Source of the DNA: Klebsormidium nitens
Taxonomy: Eukaryota; Plantae; Klebsormidiophyceae
Assembly: GCA_000708835.1 (NCBI GenBank)
Contig: DF237073.1
Location: 86,752-150,751 of the forward strand
Direction: 5' to 3'
Length of the DNA stretch: 64,000 bases
In this document: in pieces, positions 46,481 to 58,600 of the stretch
Layout: every line of letters begins with the position of its first letter
Position numbering within the stretch: position 1 is the stretch's first letter
The notes under the pieces: generated by a model
The model's input: the letters and a program-made list of their open reading frames with translations, nothing else
Told to the model about the DNA's origin: nothing
The model's database searches: none
Translations under genes and position numbers: made by a program

Positions 46481-47668
46481 GTACGGCAGTTCTCACACGC
46501 GCTGTCAGAGACCAAGCCGACCCATGCACCGTACCGTACGGTGCCTTCATCTGAGTGTCACGAGGAGTACTGGGCGCAGTCACAATGATTGACTGATCGA
46601 CTGTAGACGTCTAGACTGCCTGTTGCTCGCGCGTGACCGAGTCACGTGATCAGCATCCCAGGGAAGCTTGAATTGTCAGATTGCGGGTCAGAAAATCAAA
46701 AGATGTGCAAGAGTGTGTACGGATGCAGATCAAGAGGAAGTGGGTCGCTTGACACATCACGAGGCCCATCCTGGGTTTGTGCCAAGTTAAGGATCAGGTC
46801 GCGATGAAATTATTTTTTGAGGATGATATCGTGACTCAGGAGTTACATTTCCGCACCACAGCCTCGACTTGAGTCGCAGCCGCGCCTTGGCCAGGCAGCA
46901 GATTGAGAAGGGGCACTCTCGACGAGCAGAATTTCTTACAAGCGGTAAGCTCTTACCATACTTTCAGCTCTCGTGCTTTCTCGAGTCTCATGCGCTCCTC
47001 TTCAAACCTATCCATCTGGAAGCCTTGGAAGGCTCACTTACTTGGTCGTTCACTTGCTGTGGGTATGAAGGGATACCCGTAAGATGTATCTTTCCTTCCA
47101 TCTTGGTTGAGAATTCTTGTTGATCATCGTTGCTAGTCAACCATTTGGGTCGAAGATGGACTTCGAGCGCTCAAATGCAACCAGAGGACCAAAGATCAAG
47201 CGGCTTGATGACAGCGAGGAACACCCGTTGCTTGACATTCCATTTGAAACAAGGGGTGGCCTTCCACGGGCATGCACGAAGCTCTCTGGCTTTCATCTTT
47301 AGAAGATGCGAAGGGATGTTTTCACTTGGAGACCCACTTTTGAGAGCTTCTTCGGAAGGGGTACGATTGAATCAATTTGGATGCCCACTAAAGCCAATTG
47401 AATGGGAAGTTGCTTTCAGTAAATGGCATGCACAAAGCCCGTGGGTTTCCTTCTCCAAATGAACCGAAGGAGTTTGCAACCTTAGAGTTACCTATTTCTC
47501 TGAAATTGCAGCACCACTAAAATCATGGGCGTTCAGGGACTTGAACTCAAGATTCTAGGAAAATGCTACGTCGAATATCCGCGGTGATGGCGAAGCGTTT
47601 GCTTGTGGGGCCAATTCTGTCCGTTAGCCAAAAGCGTATTGCCTTCATCGTGCAGTTGATGTGCTAGC

Positions 47669-50600
47669 CAGTGATTGGGGATCCCAAACATTCGAAGCTA
47701 GCCTGGTGGAAAGTAGAGGGATCCCCAAGAGAACCGGGACGGCAGTGACAACCTCCGACCCTGCAACCGACTCACACGGCGAGACAACAAAACTTACATG
47801 GCACCGGCTACATTCAAAGAGGAACAACCGGTTGCGCGAGACTCAAAAAGATAGAGCGCGTTTCGAAACTACCTATCCGATGCCGCAACAGGTATGGGTG
47901 GCTGAATACACTGTCGAAGCGACTGGTTGAAAGTCCGAAGTGCGCGTAATCAATCATGATTCTTGATGCAAACAAGCCCGGCTGCCCTCAGACAACTCTC
48001 CTAGGAATCTCTTCCTGAGAGCTGGTTCACGCTCTGAAGCATGCAAATACCCCCCTTTTTGGCTTTTTAAAGCCTCTGAACGGCAACTCTGATCCTAAGG
48101 TTTACGCCTTACAGTTGAGTGTTTTTGAAGGTCAACTGCACGCGAGCTTCAAGTTTCGTTCCTTTTGGTTTGTCTGCAATATCCCCAGTCACCAGTTTCA
48201 CTTCCGCTGAAATGTTCCGCGGACCCTCTCGCAACCTCGAAGCAGTCGAGACGGATGCTTTGGCTGTTTATTTGCCAGGATCTGGTGTTCTCCTCAGTCT
48301 GAAAGCTGTGGTATACCGTTTCCAAATACTGACAGGGCCTATGAGGTCATGGCTCAAGCAAAGGAACTAGCTTCGCGTGAATGGAACTCTGCAGGCCATT
48401 CGTTTGGCGGACTTTGAATCTATTTCTGACCGCGAGGGCTTCGGTTCAATATCTGTCAATCTCGACGGAAGAGAACATTTCGATACTCAACAGTAGATCT
48501 CCTCAAAGTTCAAGTAATCAGATTGCAGATGCAAGTGAACCTTGAATCGCCCACTGAAGTCATAACTCTGCCTTTGATACAGGTTCCCTTTCTGGTCCTC
48601 GAGGAGCGTGAAAGCGAGCAGGCGGAACGCACCGCGCTGTCCCGCAAAGAGCGCATGTTGAGGGAGAGAGTGCAAAGCCTCAAACGTGACCTGACGACCG
48701 AGACAGCTGCTGCGCAGCCCATGAGCGGCACAACCCACGTGAAGTCTGCATCTTGTCGGTTCCTTTAGTGCAGGATCAAAAAACGGATGGTTTCCGGTCT
48801 TAAGGTCTTCGAATCCTGTGAAGGCCTGTAATGACAAGAGTGTCCGGGCTGCAACAACCTGGCATAGCTGACCCAAAAAATGCTTTCATGGATTCAATCG
48901 CAGCCTGTGCGCGTTGACTTCAGCTAGTTTATCTGATCATCGATTTTCAAGCGACCTTTTAAATCTCAAAGAAGGAATCGACATCGGCATGATCAAGATG
49001 AGCAGAAGAAAGATAGACAAAGTAGCTCTTTGTCAAGAGCTTTAGTTGAGCTGAATCCTAATCTTATGTAGTTCCCTTTCGAAGGCTTACGCCACACACA
49101 TGTCATAACCATCAGAGCTTCGTCATCGACTTCTGCAATCATTGCTCTATAAAACGCATCTCTGAAGTGAGAGGCCAATTACTGAGCAACGGTGCCATTT
49201 AACCGGTTGATAAGCGGTACGATTCTGGTAATCTTGCAGGCGACCAACCAGGAGGACATTGAGGCGCGCGGGCCGCCGCTGCTGCCACTTAAACTGGACG
49301 AGCTTCTGACACTGTATCCGATAGTGAAAGTTCCTCCGGGTTCACTTTCAGCCGGAACAAACAGGTAAGCGCAAAAAAGGATTGAACTTGCGAAAGAACT
49401 TCCTACTTTAGTGCCCAGCAAAACGCAGATGTTAGTCCTACAATTTAATAGAGAAGGCTCATCTATCTCGCAAGTTGCCCGCTGGTCGCTTCTCGCGTCA
49501 ACACCTCAAACCTTTCGCTAAGCGCAATTATCTATACTTGTCGCACGAAGTGAGTATTGAAGCTACGGATCCATGAACAAAACAAACTGGACTGATAAAT
49601 GTCTGCACGTCCGCAATTAAAGCGATTTATATGCTTCAATGCTTCTGTGTCTCCCGCCCAATCTGAATGCATCAAATATTTGAGGACTTCAGACATGATA
49701 GGTACTGCCCACCAGATTTTATTTGCACTCTGCAGGTTGGAAACCTCAAGCGGGGAACCGGAGACGGTACCAATCTAGATGATAGGCTTTCTTCTTCTTC
49801 TCCCCGCTCACACAGCTCCGGAACAGCAGCAAAAACGGTTGAAGCATGGTTGAGGCGGGGAAAGGACCACGAAACACGGGCGCAAGACTGCCACATGGCA
49901 GGGTCGCCGCCGCAAGCCTCTGCTGAATCGGCTTCTCAGCTCAGCGGGGCCCACCTTGGATTGGCGACATCGGCTGACCACGAGATAGGCGTTAACGCTG
50001 GTCTGAACAGGCGCGAGGACCCCAGTAAAAACGACTCACCTGGGGACGGAGGAAGCCAAGCGCAGGAGGAGACGTCGCTGCAAACCTGGAGCCAGACGGC
50101 ACTCGATTTGTGCCCGACAGATGGATTTCGAAGAGCGGTCGGGGGAGAGCCAAAGCGCAGTAAGGCGCACATCGGAGACGCCTCTACCGCGGAGTCGCAA
50201 AGCGCCGACCAACCGCTTCCATCCGACCAGAAAGGCGGCTTGCAGGCGACCATGTGCTCTAAGCACTGGGGTTTGGCGTCGCCGGGCGCTGTCGAGCAAG
50301 TTAAGCAAGTCAGCGCGGGTGGGCAGAGTTACGCGAGAGCGCTCGCGCCCAAAAGCGACGCCGAGCGGCCGCGCGGGGCACACAAGCAGCGCGCGCTGAT
50401 GACGTAGGAGAGAAGCAGAAGTACATGGGGAGCGCGCACTTTAGTGAGGTGCCGCGCAGGCAGCGCAGTAGAATACGCAAGACGAAGACTGATGAGAGCG
50501 CCCGGTTGATAGGAACCTGGCTGGAGAACAGCGCCCCGGGCGGTGGGCCGCGGTTAAGGGGGGAACTGACGGGGGGTAGTGCGACTAGAGGTGTCGATGA

Positions 50601-51045
50601 GGAGACTGGGGGCCAGAGTGCCCGGCATGCGCTGAGGAACCGGGGGAAGAGACCGCGCAGAGAAGGGGCGCAGTCTGCGCTTGAAGGGACTGCCAGTAGC
50701 CCTATAGCGGTGTCGTCCGACGATGACGTTCCGGACAGGAAGCGGCATGCAAAGGGCGAGTCATCAGTCCCTCCGGTACCAACTTCGCGCGGAACCGGGA
50801 AAACATTACCGGGCGACAATTTGGGGATTCCGTCGCCCAAAGAAGGGCTGCAGGACTCGGTGCTGGCCTGCAGCGTGGAGCCGTTCGGCGAGAGCGGGGG
50901 TTCCGCTGGGCGAGATGGAGGGCGGAGCGGAACGGGCTGGAAGATGGAGTCGGACGGAAGCGGCATGGGCGGAAGGTTTTCGAAGGGCAAGTTACCCTTT
51001 GATGCGGATGCTCTGCTAGACGGCACCCTGGATGGGATTGTTTGA
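47669..51045 (+). CDS. Putative low-complexity orphan protein; model incomplete, possibly degenerate
   Basis: Phase-0-linked exons ending at 47891, 48583-48738 and 49240-49364, then long open frames 49667-50407 and 50305-51045 in different frames that I could not join with canonical splice sites. No recognisable domain. Confidence 0.4.
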
Positions 51046-54000
51046 AAACATCTGGCCAGCCACTGTTTGACAGCGAGCACCCATTCGCTAGGAAGCCTCG
51101 ACGTGGCATCACCCGGCCGCAAAAGAATGATTTGCCGTTAGCTGAGGTTTTGATGTTCTAGGATCTGTAGGCTTCTGGTGTGAAGCTTGTAGGTCATTCT
51201 AGCATGTGCAATAGCGAATTCGATGATTGGAGTCTAGCTCGTCGATTGGCAGCTATCAGAAACGGTGCAGAGGCGACGACAGGGTGGGTCGAGCTTTTTG
51301 GGTCACAAGAATCCTTCGAGATCAGAGTTTTTTGACTGTCTAGCTGGGCTGATGTTAGTTGAACTCAATGTATAAACCGTGATACGCAGCCACAACTCGG
51401 ATATTTTGACCGACGGATTTGAGCTCCGCAAAAAAGTGACCGTGATTGCACTGTAGCAACCTGAGTAGTGGTGAACATGGTCATAGTACCATGATAGAGA
51501 TCATTTAGAGACGGCAGTCGACTGCGATCTCGTTACATAACGTCAAAAAGATTACATCTGCACCCATTTGAAATCAGCACGTTCAACGCAATTCCTAAGG
51601 CTGTAATTGCGCTTAGGAACGGCACTTCGTTCAGCAAGGCTGGGTGGTTTTCAGGTGCGATTGACCTGTGGGGAAGGTTTAGATTGGGCAAAGACGCCCT
51701 TGAACCCGCCATGGACTGAGAGAATGAGCCGTGTAATTGGAAAGCAGAGTTTTTCTCCTGCGAGGAAACTTGTTGCCAAACGGCTGCCAAAACATGATTG
51801 TCCTGTTCTTAAGAAGCACTTCATCCTTTTTAGAAAAGTATGAATCCAAGACGACAGCATATTCCGTTGAGAACACCTGAAATTAGGTTAAATCATGCAT
51901 TTCAGTCGAGCGCACGCAGATTAGATGCCTTTATGTGCGCAATCACACACATATATGCAAGCTGCGTTGTATCAATTTTGCACATAAGAAATCTTCCAAT
52001 GGGATTGAAAAATTGTTCTTTCATTTTTCAGCCTCCGGCGTGAAACGAGCCATATGCTGCTGACGTGTCAAAGCACATAGGCATTTGTAGGCCAGGGCTT
52101 AGCATGATGGAGACCGCTAGGAGCTCCAGATTGGAACGATTCGTAGCTTGTCTATCGACCGACCGCCACTCAGGTACTACAGTCTTTCTCTCGCTCCCGT
52201 CCAACCGTCTCGTCTTCAGCCGGATCGTTCGCATGCATAGAATGAGTGTCAGCTTTTCTGAGGTCTCTGCTGACGTCTTCGCTCGTAAGTCAACAACGCC
52301 TTGACAAGTGCGAACGGCAGGTTGCGTCACTCTTCCTTCATAGAGCTGAGGGTACTAACCCAACCTGTTTTCCCAGAGCATCAGGTTCTCCTAGGGACGG
52401 GCACATTGTCAGAACGAGGTGAAGTGGACTGTCTAGCCAAACTGGCCGGCCCAGGGCTTTTTCTGCCCATTGGAACAGAAGCAACTGCTCGGGAAGTCCC
52501 CACCGGTCGCTTTTGTCTGCGACATCTCAAAGCTTGAGGGCCGACGTCAGCCCGGTGCACACCACCTAGTAGACGGGGCTCCCCATCCAGTGAAGGAACA
52601 TGGAACAACCAGTCTGGTTCGACTCGCTTCCGCCCAACAGAAAGCCAGCGCACCCATGCAATCCACTCCCTTTCAAACTCTGAAAGTCTGATGCGCGAGG
52701 TGCTGAAGCCCCCGTTCATACGCATGCATTCGAAGTCGACGGTTGCACTGCCTGTTGATGAAGCAGTGTACAGTCACCATGAATAGGGTACGCGCGCGCT
52801 GGAGCTTTTCCTCCCGTCGAGATCTCGGACTGGGCCTAGCAAGGGAGCCAGCTGAAGTATACAATGTTCGTTGCATCCTTCGGAATGGTGGACGAGCCAT
52901 CACGGACGCTTTGGCTGTCCTGTTTTGCGCTGGTAAAATCTAAGGTGAGGTTCTTTCCAGTGTTACGTGACGTCCTTCCATCAGTCCTCAGATCTGGCTT
53001 CAGCCGTGGTTGCTTTGCACGAAACACTCCTCGAAGGTGGCAGCATCCGTTGAAGGGTCACTTTGACTTGCCCCGGCTTGGAAAGTTCAAGGGGTTCTCG
53101 GAGCACTCCACTGAAAAGGTTGGCAAAGGCTCTCACTTTGAGAGTTAGACTCGACCTTCCTACGGGAGTTCATTACTCGAATGCATGGCGCTCGTGTTCC
53201 GAGTGCGGATGCTTCGATGGCGGTATACAAGGATACGTACAATTCAGCCATGATATCAATGTTGATGCCGGGCATTTCAAAGAGTTCTCCCTATTATTGT
53301 TTCTCTAGGACTTTTTGATACAGAGCATACTTCATCCGGTCTGCAGCCTCCATACCTGACACGACTCGAAGGTCCCGTGACCCCTTCTTCTGGAACCGGC
53401 TGGTGTTCCTGTTAACTTTGTTGTCTTTTCTAGCCCAGCCGATACCAGTCTGCCCATTTTGGACATGATTCTTTTCAATGAGTTTTTAAATCCTCTTTCT
53501 TCACATATCGTTCAAAATGATTGCAGAGGGAGGATCCTTAGCCGAATGGCGAGCTCGATAAGCTGCACATCAAAGTCGAGCTTACAATCTTTGCCCGGTC
53601 CATGAGAATCTCAACGGGCATCAAACCAACTTGCTTTACCTCGACACATTTTCTTTTCGGAAGCACTGGCAGAGCATGGGAGGTGCCTTTCACCACACCG
53701 TTTGCAGACTCTCTGAAGGTTCGTCATTACGTATCGAACCTTGAAATGGGTCTCGCTTTCGGGACCCAAATCCTTGACCAATTTTGCAAGGCCCTTGACG
53801 TACTCAAGCGGTGGAACAAGGCCTCATTGTCGCATGAAGTTCGGGGTATCTCTTGCTGCAAAGCAATACGAATTGCCGCTTTATGTTCTGTAAATTATGT
53901 TCTGTCCTTCAAGGGCTCAGAGCTGGGCGGGAACGAGGGAACCAGTGGACCGTTCAAATTTGAGCACAAGAGGGATCCCGCGCTGGAAGATTGAAAATCT

Positions 54001-55657
54001 CGGTGGTCAAACGGGCAGCCCAAACTCTCGCGCGTAGGGATACGTACGAGGCCGCGTCCGCCCTTTGTAGCGGTGGATCTGGGGGAGGGGACAGGGTTTT
54101 GGGCGACCCAAGTGAGGGATGCAAACATGGAAACCGACGCCAAGGTGAAGATCAAAGGTTCTGAGAGTCTTGCTTCTGAGCTTCCGGCTCCCATTGCCAA
54201 TGATCCATGTTCATCTGGTTCAGCCCAGTATTCAAATGGCTGCAGGAGATTTTGCAGTCTACAGAAATAACTGCACAGATGTCCCACGCTTCATAGTTGC
54301 CATTGAATGGTGATTCAAACCTCTGATATCTGCGAAATAGCTTGGAAAGTGCGCCAACGTGCTGCAGGTGTTCCCTACACTAAAATTTCTCGCTCGATCT
54401 GTTCGAAAGAACACCAGAAAATCTTATTCGCCAAATGATCTCCGATGTAACACTGGAATTGTTTGCAAGAACCTGTTCTGCGCCTTGAACAGAGCGCGCG
54501 GCCGGACAGCTCGCGCGACGCGCGCGGGCGCGAGGAGCTGGGCCGTACATTGAAGGTTTTGCAGGAGCGAGCGCGGCAGCTGGGGTTCATTGTGGTGATC
54601 CGGAGATGCGGAATTGAGGATTCCGGCCGCGAGCGGAACAGAGCGGAACGGGCGGAAGCGAAACCCGTCATCAGAAACGAGCTATGTCAGAATGGACAGC
54701 CCAAGGTAAGATGAAGGTGGCAGTGAGCGCTTTGAGCCTGCTTCCACAAATATTGGTATTGAGAAAGCATGCTGGCTTGGTAGCACCGGCCCAAACTCAT
54801 TTTCTTGGCAAGTGTTTTCAGCAAGACAAGGCTTCGTGGAAAGTTGCTGCTCCCTTTAAGCTGCCCGTCAAAAACGTCACGATGCTTGGAGCATTAATGG
54901 GGATTGTTTTTTAGAAACGTATCCACTGATATTACCGCAGTGCCTACCACCGTATGGATACGGAGCACACAGTGAAGTTGACTGGCAGATTTGCTCACCA
55001 CCCACGAACTTAAGCTTTATCGCTCCGCAAAATGCTGTTCTAGGGATCCCAAGTCAAACCTAAAGCTGACAGAAAGGGACGTGTCCCAACACGAAGCAGC
55101 TCGTCCCGTTTGAGACGGACAATTATTGCAGCGTTCACGCAGTCTGCAATGCATTGGGTCCGTCCAGGTGTCGACGAATCACACCTGACTTAAAGCCATT
55201 CGCCCCACATCACAGACTCCGTGGAAAACATTATATGGTCCCCACGTTGAGCTTACCGATCAGATTTTTTCACTCGTGGTCTTTCAATTCGACCGAAGGT
55301 CGCGCGGCTTGTACTGAAATTGTTGCAGTCGCCGCCAAGATTTGCTGGTGACGCTTCGAACCCGTGAAATAGCAGATTGTACTTCAGGCTTTTCAGGCTC
55401 GGCCAAACCTTTCCACGTCATCCTGCAACATCTCAATCTGATTGAGATCAGCACTTGTGCTCAGGTCTTCCGAAGGGCCCTAACCGTCGTATCTAGTAGC
55501 GCAAAGTCGTACGAGGTCTGCTACCAATCAATTATATAGCAAGCCTTTTTACTGACTCCGTACAGACACCATTTCTGCGCCCCACTACGAGCGCGGGGCC
55601 GAAGGAGCGCGCGCGCGAGGCGCTATTCCGGGCCCTGACGGTGCTGCGCGAAAAATT

Positions 55658-58600
55658 ATGGCGGGCAGGGTGCACCTTGGAGATTCAGGAGATTATGACG
55701 GGCGATTCCGTCCGCTGCAGCGAGCGGACGGATCGGGGGCCGACGGAAAGCGGAATGGTCGTTGGAGACGAGCGGTGCCAGAATCGAGAGCCCCAGGTGA
55801 GCCAAGTAATTGTTCGGGCCAAGCCTTTTGGAACGTGATCTGTCCTAACGGGCCTAGATTATCCCATCATTCTACGTCCCTGCTTTGCATATTGAAAGCT
55901 TGCAAAAGCAACAGGCTCACGAAAAGGAGATTACATCCAGCTGTGGCCAGTTGATTGTTCCCAATCAATCATTAGCAATGATGCTTCTGCTCCGACAGTT
56001 CGATCTCGCGTACTCAAAGATCGATGTCACTTAATTGAAGAGCAACTGTGGGACTACCGCAGTTGTCAGTCTTCAATAATGGTTGAATCTCGAGGAATTT
56101 TTCCCATGCACTTATCTCGACAAACTTTACTGCTTTGACAACCCTTGGAAGGAGTCTGAGATTCGGAGACATTCGTTCTCGACGGCAGATTCGTAACTCT
56201 AGAACGGCGTCAGGATTCTTACGTGGCTCCTTTTCGCAAGATTATGAAGCTTCCATGTTTCTTAAATCATATCCATCACTAGTAGAATCGCCTTCTCCCT
56301 GTAGACAGCTGTGTTAGTTTCCCTGCGAGTCCTCCCAACCTTCTGCAGAACTCCACATGGAAGCCCGCTTTAATCAAACGGATTCCACCCCTAAAGTCAA
56401 TCGTCTGAATGTCGTATCTGTTCTCTCTCGATCACGCGGTAAACCATTCTCCTGGCAGGGTGGTGGTCTCGAACGGAGGGCCGAACTAGATCGCGAAGGC
56501 CGGAACAACGCAGACAATTGGGGCCAAGTGAAACCCCAAGAAGAGGGGCCGCCCTGCAAAAAAATTCATGGGGCGCAGGCGCAGTCGAGGGCCGAGCAGA
56601 GCGTGACCCCAGGAAGCACGGGCAAAGGACGGCAAAGGACAGAACTCCCCCAGATCCGAATGCAGAGGGTTATCGGGGACCGCTCGAGGATGTTAGGCAT
56701 CCGGGATACCGCCCGGGGGAGGTCCCCGGGAACGGCCTAGGGCTGATAGAACCTGAACCACAAGATACGTTCGAGATTGCAGGCGGATTCCACGGTGAGT
56801 GTCAATATCCGAGAAGAACCCTTTTTAGCCACAAGTCAGTGGGGAAGTTTGGGGCAGGTAGCGGCTGACGCTCCTTTAAACACAATGATTTTTCCTGTCA
56901 CCAAAATAAAAACTCGAGCAGCTTGCCTCACCGGACGGTTTCTCGAAAAGGCAGAGCTCACAATATTCCAGATTTCAGCGTCTTCTGGGCGCATTTTCGG
57001 GATCAAGAAAACGCTCGGGCTCTGCATATTTCCAAAGCAGAGCGGCCATTTCGTCTTCGGAAGTGTACAACGGGGAAGATGCCTCCGTGCTAGATTTTGC
57101 ACACGTCACCTTTTCCCATTTGCAGGTCGCGACCCGGTCACCATCAGTCTGAGGCCCAACCTCAGTTCCCCGGGGGAAGGCTTAGAGAACCTGGTCAACA
57201 CGTGCTACCTGAGTACTGTGGTACAGTGCCTCATGTATGCCCTCCAAAACCTGCTGTGGGGCGGCCACCACTCCCGGATCTGTGAGCAACGACCCCCATT
57301 CTCGTTGTTGCGATTGCGAAGAGAAGAAGCAAACCTTCTGCGGTTCTCGAGTTCTGGCATATCTTTCTTGTCGCATGCACTTGAAACATCCTTACGGCAA
57401 TCTACGTTGCAATAGGTCAACCAGCAGAAATGACAGGTATAGAATCTTTTCCTTGAAAAATCTGTAGTCGACTCGTTCCCAACCATCACCTGCTACAAGC
57501 TGCGACTCTTCCGTTCATGCAGGCCGGATTCCGGTCGCACAGTTCTGCCTGCCGTGCTCCCTGGAGCGTTTGCTCAAGGCCTGCTTCAGCGGGCCCGGCA
57601 TGAACGCTCGCGAGTGGAGGGCCGTGGTCGACAACAAGCGGCGTATCCTCCATCGCACGCAAACCAAAATTTATTCTGCCCTCATGCCAAGCAGTTGTCT
57701 CAAGCAGCATAAGTTTCATCTCCCAACCTTTTCTTGTACACAAAGCCAGTGTGTCGCTTTTTTATGATTCTTCGTCAACTTTGGCCACCTGGCATGACTC
57801 CGCTTGCGCCCATGGCGGCATTCGAGCCGTTCAATAAAAGGTATTTTTCCATTGCGACGCACTCAGACAGTTTCGAGCACTCTGTGGGCTCTTGTCTGGG
57901 TATTGTGAACCAAATCCTTGACTGGCAACACTTCCAGGGTTCGTGCCAGAATTCGGGCCGGACAGTCAGCAGGATGCGCACGAGGCTCTGCTCAAGATTC
58001 TGCAGAATCTGAAGGAGACGTGCCTGCTGACGACGTGAGACAGGAGCTAAGGCTTCAAATCGGCGGAACTTCTAAGAAGTTTCAAATCATGTTTGCAGTA
58101 GCTGAGGCTCTGTTTGGCTGGCCTTCTCGCTATTACCATATTTATGCAAAGGAACGAGACTGGACTGGTCGCTATTCTAATGGCTGGACATTAATGGCAA
58201 TCAGGTTCTCCATCAGCTGTATGCGTTCGCTGTCATTTCTTCGTTCACTCTATCAAGTGACCCAAATGACTCGGACATACGTTGATGCAGCTCACCATGC
58301 CTTGGCTCTGCCGGGCGTGACAACGAGAGCGAGGAGCAGTCCGTCATCTCGGCCACCTTTGGAGGCACCTCACAGACGCAGGTGACTGATTCACTCTGAA
58401 CTTCCTGTCCTGGAATTTTGAGGGTGTCAAAAAAGAGAAGGTCATCGAGGATGGAGCACGAGAAAGGTGATCATAACGAGGACGGTCAACGTTTTTGGGT
58501 CCTGTTCCTTTCAGATCTTTTAAAGTTGGTGTCAGAATCGATATTGGCTTTTTGAACAAGCCACAGGGGTACGAGATGTAGCTGCGAAGCTACTGAACTG

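Noticed and set aside
52870-52940. PSEWWTSHHGRFGCPVL resembling the hAT dimerisation domain
   Set aside because: Too short, followed by stops, and the downstream SSxxCER motif is absent.
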